A program made the position numbers and the translations under genes. Below are positions 1 to 10,048 of a stretch of 40,207 nucleotides of DNA, piece after piece. This DNA is from Oscillospiraceae bacterium (GTDB lineage Bacteria > Bacillota > Clostridia > Oscillospirales > Oscillospiraceae), in NCBI GenBank assembly GCA_036650755.1, contig JAVVZC010000001.1, positions 1 through 40,207 of the forward strand, in the 5' to 3' direction. The notes beneath the pieces are model-generated. The model saw only the letters and a list, made by a program, of their open reading frames with translations, did no database searches and was not told the origin of the DNA. Positions within the stretch are counted from its first letter, which is position 1; each line of letters begins with the position of its first letter.

Positions 1-2318
1 GCCATCCTTGCGGGGATGTGCCCGCCCAGCATGGTCAAAACGGTGCTGATAACAACCAGCAGCACGGCATGCAGCGGCTGCAGCGTTGCCACATTGCTAA
101 GGTCGGTAAGCCTAAGTAGGAAGCTGTTGATGGGAAGGGTCAGCAGCCAAGCGATGATAACCCCCAAGGTACCCGAGAAAATGCCAAGTATAAAGGTTTC
201 CGCGTCGAAAACCCGGGTGATGTCCTTTTTGCGCGCGCCCAAGGCTTTTAAAATGCCAATCTCCTTGGTGCGCTCCAAAACGCTGGTGTAGGTGATAATG
301 CAAATCATAATGAGGCTGACCACCAGTGAAATACCCGCAAAGGCGATAAGCACAATGGTGATGGCGTCCATAATTCCGCTTGTCATATCCGTCATGGTTT
401 TTGCAAGGTCGGAATAGACCACCAAATCCTCATCCGTGGGAGCGTTTCGGTTGTATTCGTCCAAATAATCGACTATAACATCCTTGCTCTCAAAATTCGT
501 GGGGTAGAGCATCAGCATAGCCGGTGCCACCTCGCCGCCCAAATAGGATATCATTTGCGCCTTTGTGTCCCCGTCCATCGCCTCCATGGACATCACGTTA
601 AGCTGGGAATTGCGCTGTGCCTCGACAATTTCGGAATTGACGCTGCGGTCAACCACCATTCTTGCAAGGGCGTCGCTGTAGATAAAGGAGCAACCCAAAA
701 GCGAAACCTTAACGTCCGGCTTTTGACGGACAACACCGCAGATTTTAAGGGTCAGGGTGTCGTCGGCGTTGTACATCTTTTCAAAATCCGTGCCGGGCAT
801 AAAGTTGCCGTAGTCGGATTTTTGGTAGAAGTCGTCATTGGAAACCAAGGCAATTTCCGTGCCCACAATGTCGGAAAACTTGATGTTGTCGAAGGCGTCG
901 GCTTTGAAGCCCATATCCTTCATGATTTTTTGGTCAACACGGTTTTGAGCGTCCACCAAAAGCACAAGGTCGGTGGGCTCCTTGGGGTAGGCGCCCTCCA
1001 AAAGGCTGTAGTTTTCCTCGATAAAGCCGGGCAGTGAGGTGTCAAGATTTTCCGGGTAGGCGGTCATTCCCGCGGCGCTCATGGCGGTAACGTTTCCCGG
1101 TGTCATGTTGCCCGTCATGCCGGTGGGCATGGAAACGGGGATAACGCCGTCCTCGGTTTTGCGAAGCAAATTCATGCCCACAATGCGGGTCACGCCGATG
1201 CCCTTGCAGGCGGCGGGGTCGATTTTTGAAATGTATTCAAGGTAGTCGTCGGTCAGCTTGTTTTCGTGCATAACCTGAGACTTGGAGGAGTCGAAAAGTA
1301 CAGCGTGGTCAGTGTCGGCAAATTCCTTTACGCCGGTCATCATGGACTTCATTTCCTGCCTTGTTTCGTTCATGGTTTCAACGTCCATCTGCACGGCGTT
1401 TTTGGAAATCATGATGGGAAATTCCGACAATGCGTCGGACTGATATTTGTCAATTTGGGTTTGAAAGCCGGTGGAAAGACTGAGAATAACCGCAATGCCG
1501 ATAATTCCGATGCTGGAGGCAAAGCAGGTTAGGAAGGTGCGGCCAAGCTTTGTGCGCAGGTTGTTGAAGGAAAGCCCCAGCGCCGTGAAAAAGCTCATGC
1601 CGGTTTTGGTGAGCGAAAACTTTTCCGCTTCCTTTTCCGGGGTGTAGGGCGCGCTGTCGGAAATAACGGAGCCGTCGGAAAAGCTGATGATGCGGTCGGC
1701 ATAAAGCTCCGCAAGCTCCGGGTTGTGGGTCACCATGATGACCAGCTTGTCGGCGGCGACCTGACGGATAAGGTCAAGAATTTGGATGCTGGTTTCGGTG
1801 TCCAAAGCGCCGGTTGGCTCATCGCAAAGGAGAATTTCCGGGTCGTTTACAAGCGCTCTCGCGATTGCCACACGCTGCATTTGCCCGCCTGAAAGCTGGT
1901 TCGGCTTTTTGTGAAGATGGTCCTTTAAGCCCACGCGCTCAAGCATTGCAAGGGCTTTTTTGTGCTTTTCTTCCTTTGAAACACCGGAGAGGGTCATGCC
2001 CAGCTCCACGTTTGCAACAACGCTCAGGTGGGTGATAAGGTTGTAGCTTTGGAAAACAAAGCCAATGGAATTGTTGCGGTAGGCGTCCCAATCCCTGTCT
2101 CCGAATTTTTTTGTGGAGCGACCCTTGATGATAAGGTCGCCGCTATCGTAGCGGTCAAGCCCGCCGATAATGTTGAGACAGGTGGTTTTTCCCGAGCCGG
2201 AGGCGCCCAAAATGGCGACGAATTCCTTTTTGCGAAAAGCCAGACTGATGTCCTTTAAAGCTTGGGTTTCAATGTCCCCTACCGTGTAGGTTTTTTTGAT
2301 GTGTGATAGCTCCAGCAT
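1..2318 (-). CDS. MacB-like fused ABC transporter ATP-binding protein / FtsX-family permease; the C-terminus runs off the left window edge
   Basis: Absent from the ORF track because no stop codon lies in the window. My own reverse-strand translation from ATG 2318-2316 stays open to position 1 (about 772 aa): [11 protein letters not shown].... It shows Walker [10 protein letters not shown], signature [15 protein letters not shown] and Walker [16 protein letters not shown] helix, a large extracytoplasmic domain and FtsX-type segments ([22 protein letters not shown]) follow. SD AAAGGA lies upstream. Confidence 0.85.
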   Translation of the reverse strand, partial: MLELSHIKKTYTVGDIETQALKDISLAFRKKEFVAILGASGSGKTTCLNIIGGLDRYDSGDLIIKGRSTKKFGDRDWDAYRNNSIGFVFQSYNLITHLSVVANVELGMTLSGVSKEEKHKKALAMLERVGLKDHLHKKPNQLSGGQMQRVAIARALVNDPEILLCDEPTGALDTETSIQILDLIRQVAADKLVIMVTHNPELAELYADRIISFSDGSVISDSAPYTPEKEAEKFSLTKTGMSFFTALGLSFNNLRTKLGRTFLTCFASSIGIIGIAVILSLSTGFQTQIDKYQSDALSEFPIMISKNAVQMDVETMNETRQEMKSMMTGVKEFADTDHAVLFDSSKSQVMHENKLTDDYLEYISKIDPAACKGIGVTRIVGMNLLRKTEDGVIPVSMPTGMTGNMTPGNVTAMSAAGMTAYPENLDTSLPGFIEENYSLLEGAYPKEPTDLVLLVDAQNRVDQKIMKDMGFKADAFDNIKFSDIVGTEIALVSNDDFYQKSDYGNFMPGTDFEKMYNADDTLTLKICGVVRQKPDVKVSLLGCSFIYSDALARMVVDRSVNSEIVEAQRNSQLNVMSMEAMDGDTKAQMISYLGGEVAPAMLMLYPTNFESKDVIVDYLDEYNRNAPTDEDLVVYSDLAKTMTDMTSGIMDAITIVLIAFAGISLVVSLIMICIITYTSVLERTKEIGILKALGARKKDITRVFDAETFILGIFSGTLGVIIAWLLTLPINSFLLRLTDLSNVATLQPLHAVLLVVISTVLTMLGGHIPARM

Positions 2319-2477
2319 TTTTTATGTTCCTTTCACCTGACGGCGACAACCGTTTTGGAAACAAATATGATACAAAAATATAATACCGTTAAGGCTAAAC
2401 TTCATGGGAACTAATGTCAAGGCAAAACGTCCAAAGTTAACCAATTGTTCGGTTTGTGTTAACGTTTATTTTACAAA

Positions 2478-2505
2478 TTGCCGCGGCTATCACTAACCGC
2501 GGCAA
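2478..2505 (-). terminator. Putative intrinsic terminator after the TIGR01440-family gene
   Basis: Perfect 9-bp inverted repeat TTGCCGCGG / CCGCGGCAA with a 10-nt loop, directly downstream of the stop at 2517. On the minus strand it is followed by a T/A-rich tract (TTTGTAAAATAAA). Confidence 0.45.
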
Positions 2506-2516
2506 GAATGAAGATT

Positions 2517-3056
2517 TTATTCGTATTGTGCTCTTGAACCGCCGATGAATTTTGGGCGGGTGCGGGCGGCAGTAATGAGGGCTTCGCCGATGTGCTTGGT
2601 TTTTAGGCGCAGGGGTACGGCAACGTCCCGCAGGTGCATTCCGATAAGGGTGCAGCCAATGTCAAGCCCCGCCGCGGCACGGACGTGCTCCACCAAAACC
2701 GGGTCGGAAAAGGCGGCGTAGGCGGCAGTTGCGAAGGAACCGCCCGCCTTTGGCTTTGGGACGGCGGCAACGATTTCAAGACCGAATTTTTCGGCGGCGG
2801 CACGCTCCACCACAAGGGCACGGTTAAGGTGCTCACAGCATTGGGCGGCAAGAAACAGCCCATTGCTGTTAAGCAAAGGCAAAATGCCCTCCAAAACCGC
2901 GGCGGCGGCGTCCGGCGTTGAGCCGTGACCGATGCTCTCCCCCATAATTTCGCTGGAGGAGCAGCCCACAACTATAATTTCGCCACGGCTGGGCACGGCA
3001 ACAGATAAAAGCTCCGACATTGCGTCCCAAGCGGCGCTTTTGATTTCATCATACAT
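2517..3056 (-). CDS. TIGR01440 / UPF0340 (YwlG-like) family protein
   Basis: The sequence MYDEIKSAAWDAMSELL...IIVVGCSSSEI.GE.IG...LFLAAQCCEHLNRALVVER is typical of this family. I prefer the ATG at 3056, which follows SD AAGGAAG, over the track's TTG at 3089. Confidence 0.7.
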   Translation of the reverse strand: MYDEIKSAAWDAMSELLSVAVPSRGEIIVVGCSSSEIMGESIGHGSTPDAAAAVLEGILPLLNSNGLFLAAQCCEHLNRALVVERAAAEKFGLEIVAAVPKPKAGGSFATAAYAAFSDPVLVEHVRAAAGLDIGCTLIGMHLRDVAVPLRLKTKHIGEALITAARTRPKFIGGSRAQYE

Positions 3057-3129
3057 AGCTCTAACTTCCTTGTCTGTAAATATTCGCAAAAAACTTTGTG
3101 TCGAATTATTCTAACACGGGTTTTGAGGT

Positions 3130-3158
3130 TTGACAACCTTATTAAATCATAGTATTAT
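3130..3158 (+). promoter_or_regulatory. Putative sigma-A type promoter for the DUF3048 lipoprotein gene
   Basis: -35 TTGACA (3130-3135), 17-nt spacer, -10 TATTAT (3153-3158). Confidence 0.45.
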
Positions 3159-3225
3159 AACCAGTGCCCGGACTGAATTTGACATTTTACGATAAAAACC
3201 TATTTCAAGCACCATGGAGGTCAAA

Positions 3226-4293
3226 ATGAAAAAAATCATACCAATTATTCTAGCGGCTGTCATGCTTATGCTCACAGCCTGCGGCAACAACACTCTGCCA
3301 CCACCCGATGGTTCGCCTGTGCCGCCCGATGTAAAGGTTACCCCCTCGCCCACTCCCACCCCAGAGCCCATCCGTAATCCCCTGTCCGGTGAAATAACGG
3401 ACAAGGACATCAGCAGTCAGCGTCCCTATGCGGTTATGATAAATAACATCAGCGTCGCCCAACCCCTTTGCGGTATCTCCGGTGCGGACATTCTTTACGA
3501 GGTTCTTGCCGAAGGCGAAATTACCAGAATGATGCCCATTTTCACAGATATCAGCAAGGCGGGCGCTGCAATAGGCAGCATGCGTTCCTCCCGCCCCTAC
3601 TATATTGAGCTTGCTCAAAGCTACGACGCAATCTATGTCCACGCCGGCGGCAGCGATCAAGCCTATGCCGACATTGCCTCCAAGGGCATCAACAACATCG
3701 ACGGCGTTCGCGGCAACAGCGCCGCCGCCGCGGCGTTTTACCGTGACAAAACCCGTCAAAAATACGGCACGGAGCACAGCCTTTTCACCTCTCCCGAGCG
3801 GGTGCTTGAAGCCACAGACAAGCTTGCCTATCCCAAGGAGCACAGCTCCGGCTCCTTCAACTATGGCTTAAGCTTTGTTGAAGCCCCCGACATGAGCGCA
3901 GGCACCGCCGCCGCAACAGTCAATGTCAGCTTTGGCGGACTTAAAAACACCGACTTCACCTACCACAGTGATACGGGAATGTACACAGGCTTCCAGCACA
4001 AGTCCGACCTTATTGACGGCAACACCGGCAAGGCGGTTGAATTCAAAAACCTGCTGGTGCTCTACGCGGAAACCAAAATACTGGACGATTACGGTCGCAG
4101 AGGCGTTAACCTTAACGGCAGCGGCACGGGTCACTTCATCTGCAACGGAAAAACCGTCCCCATCACATGGAGCCATTCCGGCACCGGCGCCGCCTTCAGC
4201 TATTCCCTCTCAAACGGTCAGCCCCTTGAGCTCTCCGTGGGCAAAAGCTACATCGCTGTAGTTCCCACAGAAAGCGTTATCACAATTCAATAA
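3226..4293 (+). CDS. DUF3048 domain-containing lipoprotein (YerB-like)
   Basis: Lipoprotein signal MKKIIPIILAAVMLMLTAC with lipobox LTAC, then a Pro/Thr-rich linker. The core RPYAVMINNISVAQPLCGISGADILYEVLAEGEITRMM is DUF3048-like. GGAGG lies 7 nt before the ATG at 3226, so the track's start at 3214 is probably too early. Confidence 0.75.
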   Translation: MKKIIPIILAAVMLMLTACGNNTLPPPDGSPVPPDVKVTPSPTPTPEPIRNPLSGEITDKDISSQRPYAVMINNISVAQPLCGISGADILYEVLAEGEITRMMPIFTDISKAGAAIGSMRSSRPYYIELAQSYDAIYVHAGGSDQAYADIASKGINNIDGVRGNSAAAAAFYRDKTRQKYGTEHSLFTSPERVLEATDKLAYPKEHSSGSFNYGLSFVEAPDMSAGTAAATVNVSFGGLKNTDFTYHSDTGMYTGFQHKSDLIDGNTGKAVEFKNLLVLYAETKILDDYGRRGVNLNGSGTGHFICNGKTVPITWSHSGTGAAFSYSLSNGQPLELSVGKSYIAVVPTESVITIQ

Positions 4294-4299
4294 ACAACA

Positions 4300-4338
4300 A
4301 GCTCCCCCGTGCAATTCCTGCACGGGGGAGCTTTTTTA
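4300..4338 (+). terminator. Intrinsic terminator of the DUF3048 gene
   Basis: 14-bp stem AGCTCCCCCGTGCA / TGCACGGGGGAGCT, 5-nt loop, then a T6 run. Confidence 0.75.
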
Positions 4339-4363
4339 TCGTCAAAGCCCTTGGGCTAAGTTT

Positions 4364-4398
4364 CAAAAAAGAGCGAGGACAAATGCGTCCTCGCTCTT
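4364..4398 (-). terminator. Intrinsic terminator of the cmk-plsC-ispH/rpsA operon
   Basis: 11-bp stem AGAGCGAGGAC / GTCCTCGCTCT. The A-run at 4365-4369 gives a U-tract on the minus strand, just downstream of the stop at 4420. Confidence 0.7.
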
Positions 4399-4419
4399 TT
4401 GGGTGTTATGTTGGAAGAA

Positions 4420-6540
4420 TTAGTCGGCTACGTCGTGCTCGGGGGCAACGCCCTGAGCTTCGCCGGTGGAGGAGACTTCATAGACAAGAGCGTCGCCTTC
4501 GGAGGCAGGAGCGGCGTGGGGGGCTTCGTTATGCTCCTCGCTGCTGTGCTCAGGCTCGGTGAGGGCACGGATGCTGAGGGAGATTTTTTGTTTGTCGTTG
4601 TCGATGGCGGTGATTTTGACCGTTACGACGTCATCAACAGAGAGAACTTCCTCGGGCTTGCCAACACGGTGAGTTGAAATTTGGGAGATATGGATAAGAC
4701 CGTCAACTCCGGGCATGACCTCGGCAAAGGCGCCGAAGGGCATGAGCTTGACAATTTTGACGTCAACAATGTCGTTAACCTTGTAGGCAGCGGTGAATTT
4801 TGTCCAAGGGTTGCCGTTGGGGTCTTTGTAGCCAAGGGAGATTTTGCGGTTTTCTTTGTCGAAGTTGATAACATAGACTTCGACCTTGTCGCCCACGGTG
4901 AGAACGTCGCCGGGCTGCTTAACGCGGCTCCAGCTCAGCTCGGAGACATGGATCATGCCGTCGATGCCGCCAATGTCGACAAATGCGCCGTAGCCGGTGA
5001 GGGACTTTACGGTGCCGTTGTAGTGCTTGCCGATTTCGATGTCGGACCAGATTTTATCGGAACGCTCACGACGCTCGTCCTTTTGGACGGCGCGGATGCT
5101 GCCGACAACGCGGCGGCGAGCGCGGTTGACTTCGGTAATCTTGAGGCGAACCTTTTGCTTGAGAAGCTCGCTCATGTCGGCTTCCTTGCCAAGACCGGAC
5201 TGGGAAGCGGGAACAAAGACACGGATGCCCTTAACGGAAACAACAACGCCGCCCTTATTGTCCTCTGTGACGATGCCGTCCATGATGGTGCCGTCCTCGA
5301 CAGCAGCTTCAACAACGCTCCAGTTTTTGACAGCGTCAAGACGCTTTTTGGAGAGCATTACGGTGCCCTCAACGTCGTTCACGCGAACAACGCAGGCTTC
5401 GATGGAGTCACCGACCTTGATAAGGTCGTTTATGGAGACGTCGGTGTCGTCGGTGTATTCGGATACGGGAATGTATCCTGAATGCTTTGTGCCCAAATCA
5501 AGGCTGATTTCTGTGGGAGTAATTGCAGCTACAATACCGGTTACCGTATCTCCGTTATATATAGTTTTGATAGATTCCTCCAGCATCTGGTCAAAGGTCA
5601 TTTCCACTTCCGGAGCCACCTCTGCAGCGGGTGCTGCGGGTGTTTCTTCCTTTGTTACCGAGTCAACTGTGGTTTCTTCAATTTTCATGTCATCAGTCAT
5701 CTTGTGTTTTACCTCCTTAATAATCCACGCAGGCGTTGAAGCGCCGGCGGTTATGCCAATAGTTGAAGCCGTTTCAAGAGCCGCCGTGTCCAGCTCCTCC
5801 GCCGAGGAAATGAACTGAACCGTAGCGCAGTGCCGGGAGCAAAGCTCCGCCAGATGAACGCTGTTTGCGCTGTGACGCGCACCGATAACGACCATTGCAC
5901 TGCATACCTTTGAGAGGGCAACAGCATCAGCTTGCCTCGTGGATGTAGCGCAACATATTGTATCAAACACTTCGCAGTTTGTACACTCTTTTTTGATAAT
6001 ATTTTTAGTTTGTTTAAGAATTTCTTGCGTTTGGGTGGTTTGGAACACCAGACTTAGTGCTTTGTGACGGTTATTGGGGTCGTTTTCCAGCCAAGCCTGA
6101 AATTTTTCGGTCTTGTCAAAAACAAAGGCTTCGTCGCAGCGGTCACGAATTGCAACAACCTCGGGGTGATTTTCCGTGCCGATTATAATTGGAGTGCGCC
6201 CCGCCTCCGCCGCCTTGGAAACGATTTCGTGAATTTTTCGAACCTTGGGGCAGGTGGCGTCAACGATGGTGATATTTTTTTCCCGCAGCTTGTCATATTC
6301 GCTTTGGACAACGCCGTGGGAGCGAATAACAGCGCAGGAATTCGGCGGGATTTCATCAGCGCATTGGGCAACGGCAAGCCCACGGCTTTGCAGCTCCCGA
6401 ACCACAAAATCGTTGTGGATAAGTTCGCCCAAGCTATAGCAGGGGCTTTGGGAGCTTTGGAGGGTGTCCTCCGCCAGCTTCACGGAGCGGCTGACGCCAA
6501 AGCAAAAGCCGGCGCTTTCGGCAACAATCAGCTTTTTCAA
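4420..6540 (-). CDS. ispH: Bifunctional 4-hydroxy-3-methylbut-2-enyl diphosphate reductase (IspH/LytB) fused to ribosomal protein S1 (four S1 repeats)
   Basis: The N-terminal part (about 285 aa) is IspH-like: AGFCFGV, ATCPKV, and a third-Cys region [11 protein letters not shown]. Repeated S1 OB-fold modules follow ([19 protein letters not shown]). The start is TTG at 6540-6538, overlapping the plsC stop as TTGA. Confidence 0.9.
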   Translation of the reverse strand: MKKLIVAESAGFCFGVSRSVKLAEDTLQSSQSPCYSLGELIHNDFVVRELQSRGLAVAQCADEIPPNSCAVIRSHGVVQSEYDKLREKNITIVDATCPKVRKIHEIVSKAAEAGRTPIIIGTENHPEVVAIRDRCDEAFVFDKTEKFQAWLENDPNNRHKALSLVFQTTQTQEILKQTKNIIKKECTNCEVFDTICCATSTRQADAVALSKVCSAMVVIGARHSANSVHLAELCSRHCATVQFISSAEELDTAALETASTIGITAGASTPAWIIKEVKHKMTDDMKIEETTVDSVTKEETPAAPAAEVAPEVEMTFDQMLEESIKTIYNGDTVTGIVAAITPTEISLDLGTKHSGYIPVSEYTDDTDVSINDLIKVGDSIEACVVRVNDVEGTVMLSKKRLDAVKNWSVVEAAVEDGTIMDGIVTEDNKGGVVVSVKGIRVFVPASQSGLGKEADMSELLKQKVRLKITEVNRARRRVVGSIRAVQKDERRERSDKIWSDIEIGKHYNGTVKSLTGYGAFVDIGGIDGMIHVSELSWSRVKQPGDVLTVGDKVEVYVINFDKENRKISLGYKDPNGNPWTKFTAAYKVNDIVDVKIVKLMPFGAFAEVMPGVDGLIHISQISTHRVGKPEEVLSVDDVVTVKITAIDNDKQKISLSIRALTEPEHSSEEHNEAPHAAPASEGDALVYEVSSTGEAQGVAPEHDVAD

Positions 6541-7115
6541 TTTGTTGGCTCCAAGGAATAGATTTTTTCCATAAGCTCAACCGAGGCGGGGGCGAAGTTT
6601 TTGTCGTGGGGCGGGTCGATTATGTAGGGCTTCCCGATTATGAGTTTTGAGAAACGGAACATTTTTTTGACCGTGGTGATGTAGACCGGGAGCACCGGTG
6701 CCTTCATCTTTGAGGCAATGCGGACAGCGCCCTCTTTTCCCGCGTTCACATTGACCTCCGTCACACGGGAGCCTTCGGGGAAAATCATGATTTTGTCATT
6801 GTTTTTAAGGTGCTTCATGGCGATGCGGATGGCGGTTATGTCGGTTTCCTCACGGGAAACGGGAAAAACGCCCGCCGCGTTGAAAACGTGCTTAAGGAAG
6901 AAATTGTTGAAAAATTCCGACTTTGCCATGAAATAGATGTGGCGCTTTATTCCAAAGGCAATCGCCGCGAAGCAGGGGTCAAGCAGCCCCGAGTGATTAG
7001 CGCAAATCACGCAGGCATCCTCGGGAATGTTCTCTCTCCCGCTGACGCGGAAGGGGTAAAAAAGGCAGATAAAGGGTGCGGCGAGAATGTAAAATAGCCT
7101 ATACCAAAAATTCAT
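6537..7115 (-). CDS. plsC: 1-acyl-sn-glycerol-3-phosphate acyltransferase
   Basis: HxxxxD acyltransferase motif NHSGLLD and the FPEGSR block. The start overlaps the cmk stop. Confidence 0.85.
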   Translation of the reverse strand: MNFWYRLFYILAAPFICLFYPFRVSGRENIPEDACVICANHSGLLDPCFAAIAFGIKRHIYFMAKSEFFNNFFLKHVFNAAGVFPVSREETDITAIRIAMKHLKNNDKIMIFPEGSRVTEVNVNAGKEGAVRIASKMKAPVLPVYITTVKKMFRFSKLIIGKPYIIDPPHDKNFAPASVELMEKIYSLEPTN

Positions 7116-7792
7116 TTTGACATCTTCTCCTTGATAAGGTGGCAGATATATTCAAAGCTTTCCGTAAGGGTGTTGCCGGTGGTGTCGATTATAACGGCGT
7201 CCTCAGCGGCGCGAAGGGGCGCGCTTTTGCGGTTGCTGTCGTTTGTGTCACGGTATTCGATGTCCCGCAGAACGTCTGCAAGGGTGGTTTTTACGCCACG
7301 CTCCAAAAGCTCCGCATAGCGGCGCTTGGCACGCTCCTCGGGATTGGCGGTGAGGAAAATTTTAAGGTCGGCGTCGGGCAAAACAACGGTGCCGATGTCA
7401 CGACCGTCCATGATTACGTTGCTGGTTTTTGCAAGGGAGCGCTGCATTCCCAAAAGATAGGCGCGCACATCCGGCATTGCGGAAACGTCGGAGGCAAAAA
7501 CAGAAATTTCCGGCAGACGTATTTCCCGGGAAACATCCTGCTTGTCGAGATACATTTGCTGCAAGCCCCGGTCGTCGTGACCCAAGGAGATTTGAAGCTT
7601 TGGCAAAATCCCGGAAACGCCCGGGGCGTCCTTGGAGTCAAGCCCGGCTTTTTGAGCCGCCAGTGCGACTGTTCGGTAAATTGCACCGGTGTCAACGTAG
7701 ATGAAGCCCAGATTTTCGGCGCAAAGCTTTGCAATTGTGCTTTTTCCGGCGCCTGAGGGGCCGTCAATTGCAACGGAGTAAAATTTGTTCAT
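7112..7792 (-). CDS. cmk: Cytidylate kinase
   Basis: P-loop AIDGPSGAGKSTIAK, followed by YVDTGAIYR and DGRDIGTVV motifs typical of Cmk. Confidence 0.9.
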   Translation of the reverse strand: MNKFYSVAIDGPSGAGKSTIAKLCAENLGFIYVDTGAIYRTVALAAQKAGLDSKDAPGVSGILPKLQISLGHDDRGLQQMYLDKQDVSREIRLPEISVFASDVSAMPDVRAYLLGMQRSLAKTSNVIMDGRDIGTVVLPDADLKIFLTANPEERAKRRYAELLERGVKTTLADVLRDIEYRDTNDSNRKSAPLRAAEDAVIIDTTGNTLTESFEYICHLIKEKMSK

Positions 7793-7819
7793 AAGCAGTA
7801 ATCCTCTCAGCGAAAAAAG

Positions 7820-9061
7820 TCAGTCGGCGCAAACAGAATTTGCCGCCGTGAAAGCGGTTGACCAAGCAATTTGCAGATTAAAGCCGCCGGTGTAGGCGTC
7901 CAGATCCATGATTTCGCCTGCAAAATATAAGCCCTTTACCAGCTTTGAAGCCATTGTTTTGGGGTCGATTTCTTTAAGGTTTACGCCCCCGGAGGTGATG
8001 ATGGCTTCGGAAATGGGGCGGGTTCCCGTGATGCTGACGGGGAAGTTTTTGAAAAGGGAAACAAGGCGAAGCCGCTGTTCCTTGGTGATGGAGTTGACCT
8101 TTGTGTCCTCGGGAATGCCGGAAAGCTTGATAAGGACAGCAATCATGGAGTGCCCCGCAAGGTCAACCAAAGCGTTTTTGAATTCCTTGTTTGCGAATTT
8201 TTCGAAGTCCCGCAAAATTCGGGCGTCCAGCTTTTTTTCGTCCAAGCCGGGCTTAAGGTCGATGGAAAGCCGATATTTGTGCTTTGTGAAGTCCCGCATG
8301 TGGGCGCTGGCGGAGAGCACCAGCGGTCCCGAAACGCCGAAGTGGGTGAAAAGCATCTCCCCCAGCTCGTCGTAAATAAGCTTGTTTTTTTCGTCAAAAA
8401 CCCGAAGGGTGACGTTGCGGAGGGAAAAGCCCTGCATTTCCTCGCAATAGCTGTCGTCGGAAACAAGGGGCACAAGGGATGCCCTTGGTGGAACAAGGCT
8501 GTGACCCAAGCTTTCGGCAAGCACATAGCCGTCGCCTGTGGAGCCGGTGCCGGGATAGCTGACGCCGCCGGTGCAAAGGATAACGCCTCGGCAGGAGATT
8601 TGCGCGTTGGGGGTGACAACGCCTGTTATGGCGCCGTCGGTAGCTTCGATTGCGATTGCCCGCTCCTGAATGTGGCGAACGCCGTTGCGCCTGCCAAAGC
8701 TCTCAAGAGCGTTTGCAACGTCGTGGGCGCTGTCGCTGATTGGGAACACCCGATTGCCCCGCTCGGTCTTTAGGGGGACGCCAAGGCGCTCAAAAAGCTC
8801 CATGGTGGAGGCTGTGTTAAGGCGGCTGATTGCGCTGTAAAGAAAACGGGGGTTCCCCGGGATGTTTTCAAGAAGCTCCTTATCGCCGCAGGAGTTTGTG
8901 AGGTTGCAGCGACCCTTGCCTGTTATGCGAAGCTTTTTTCCCAAAAGCTTGTTTGGGTCGATTAGCAGGGTTTTCAGTCCCCGCTCCCCCGCCAAAGCGG
9001 AGGCAAGAAGCCCGGCGGCTCCCCCGCCGATGACGACTAAGTCAGTTTTCAGAGTGTTCAT
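7820..9061 (-). CDS. NAD(P)/FAD-dependent oxidoreductase, HI0933 / BaiN-like flavoprotein family
   Basis: Rossmann motif DLVVIGGGAAGLLAS. The C-terminal GGVNLKEIDPKTM.SK...GLYFAGE..D.DA.TGGFNLQ.AW is typical of TIGR00275. I place the start at ATG 9061 (MNTLKTD) rather than the track's 9136. Confidence 0.8.
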   Translation of the reverse strand: MNTLKTDLVVIGGGAAGLLASALAGERGLKTLLIDPNKLLGKKLRITGKGRCNLTNSCGDKELLENIPGNPRFLYSAISRLNTASTMELFERLGVPLKTERGNRVFPISDSAHDVANALESFGRRNGVRHIQERAIAIEATDGAITGVVTPNAQISCRGVILCTGGVSYPGTGSTGDGYVLAESLGHSLVPPRASLVPLVSDDSYCEEMQGFSLRNVTLRVFDEKNKLIYDELGEMLFTHFGVSGPLVLSASAHMRDFTKHKYRLSIDLKPGLDEKKLDARILRDFEKFANKEFKNALVDLAGHSMIAVLIKLSGIPEDTKVNSITKEQRLRLVSLFKNFPVSITGTRPISEAIITSGGVNLKEIDPKTMASKLVKGLYFAGEIMDLDAYTGGFNLQIAWSTAFTAANSVCAD

Positions 9062-9908
9062 AGACCTCGTTTTCCTGCCACACGGTTTCAAGACGCTTGA
9101 AGGTGTCCGAGAGAGCTTCCTTGGAGCGCAGCCCAATGGATACGATGAGTGCGTTAATGAGGCTCAGCGGCGCAACCAGCGAGTCGAGAAACGAAACCAT
9201 GTCGCTCCTTGCAAATAATGTGATGTCGGAGATTTCAACCAGAGGGGAGGTTTCGCCGTCCGTCAGGCTGATTGTGAGAGCACCGGAGTTTTTTGCGAAG
9301 CGCATTGCCTTTACGGTGCGGGTGGAATAGCGGGGATAGCTCATTGCCACAAAAACATCGCCCTTGTGGATGCGCAAAATTTGTTCATAGACCTCACTGA
9401 CAGCGGTGTCCTGCAAAAGATGGACGTTGTCCCGCAGAAGGTTAAGGTAGTAGCCCATAAGGTTTGCAAGCGCTGCCGAGGAGCGCATTCCGACTATGTA
9501 GACGTGCTCCGCGTTGAGGATGGCGTCCACAGCGGCGTCAAAGCTGCCACGGTCGATTTCCTCAATGGTTTTTTGGAGCTTTTCCATGTCGGCGGTAAGG
9601 ACAGCCTTAAGGACGTTTGCGTCGTCGATAAATTCCTTTGCCACCTCGATGCGCTGAACGGAGGTCAAGCGGTTGCGGATCATTTCCTGCAAAGCCTTGC
9701 GCATTCCGGGATAGCCGTCATAGCCCAGCTCCGCCGCGAAGCGGACAACGGTGGATTCGCTGACGCCCACAGTGACGCCAAGCTTTCCCGCCGTCATGAA
9801 GGCTGCCTTGTCGTAGTTTTCTAAAATATATTTTGCAATTAAGCGCTGACCCTTTGAAAAGTGGAAGTTGTCGTTTGAAATAACGGCAAGAACATCTTTA
9901 TCCAACAT
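9042..9908 (-). CDS. MurR/RpiR family transcriptional regulator (HTH plus SIS domain)
   Basis: N-terminal RpiR-type HTH (FSKGQRLIAKYILENYDKAAFMTAGKLGVTVGVSESTVVRFA) and a C-terminal SIS domain (VYIVGMRSSAALA). It overlaps the next gene by 20 nt. Confidence 0.85.
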   Translation of the reverse strand: MLDKDVLAVISNDNFHFSKGQRLIAKYILENYDKAAFMTAGKLGVTVGVSESTVVRFAAELGYDGYPGMRKALQEMIRNRLTSVQRIEVAKEFIDDANVLKAVLTADMEKLQKTIEEIDRGSFDAAVDAILNAEHVYIVGMRSSAALANLMGYYLNLLRDNVHLLQDTAVSEVYEQILRIHKGDVFVAMSYPRYSTRTVKAMRFAKNSGALTISLTDGETSPLVEISDITLFARSDMVSFLDSLVAPLSLINALIVSIGLRSKEALSDTFKRLETVWQENEVYEHSEN

Positions 9909-10048
9909 TACACATCCTCTTGATGACCTCTTTGTGTTTGATGCTTGTCATCTCACTATATAATAATACAAATTGCAAGTTGATTGCAAGCATTTTGTCA
10001 ATTTTGTATGAAAAGTCGTGGTTTTAGACAGAAATCGACGGGTTTTAT

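Noticed and set aside
2436-2463. Two GTTAAC hexamers 16 nt apart, with CAATTG between them, upstream of the MacB-like gene. They could be an operator.
   Set aside because: Short AT-rich palindromic hexamers are expected by chance in an AT-rich spacer. There is no extended dyad symmetry beyond the hexamers.
4681-5818. Plus-strand ORFs of 266 and 263 aa inside the ispH-rpsA fusion region.
   Set aside because: They are antisense shadow ORFs of the S1 repeats. They have no SD, a repetitive composition and no motifs.
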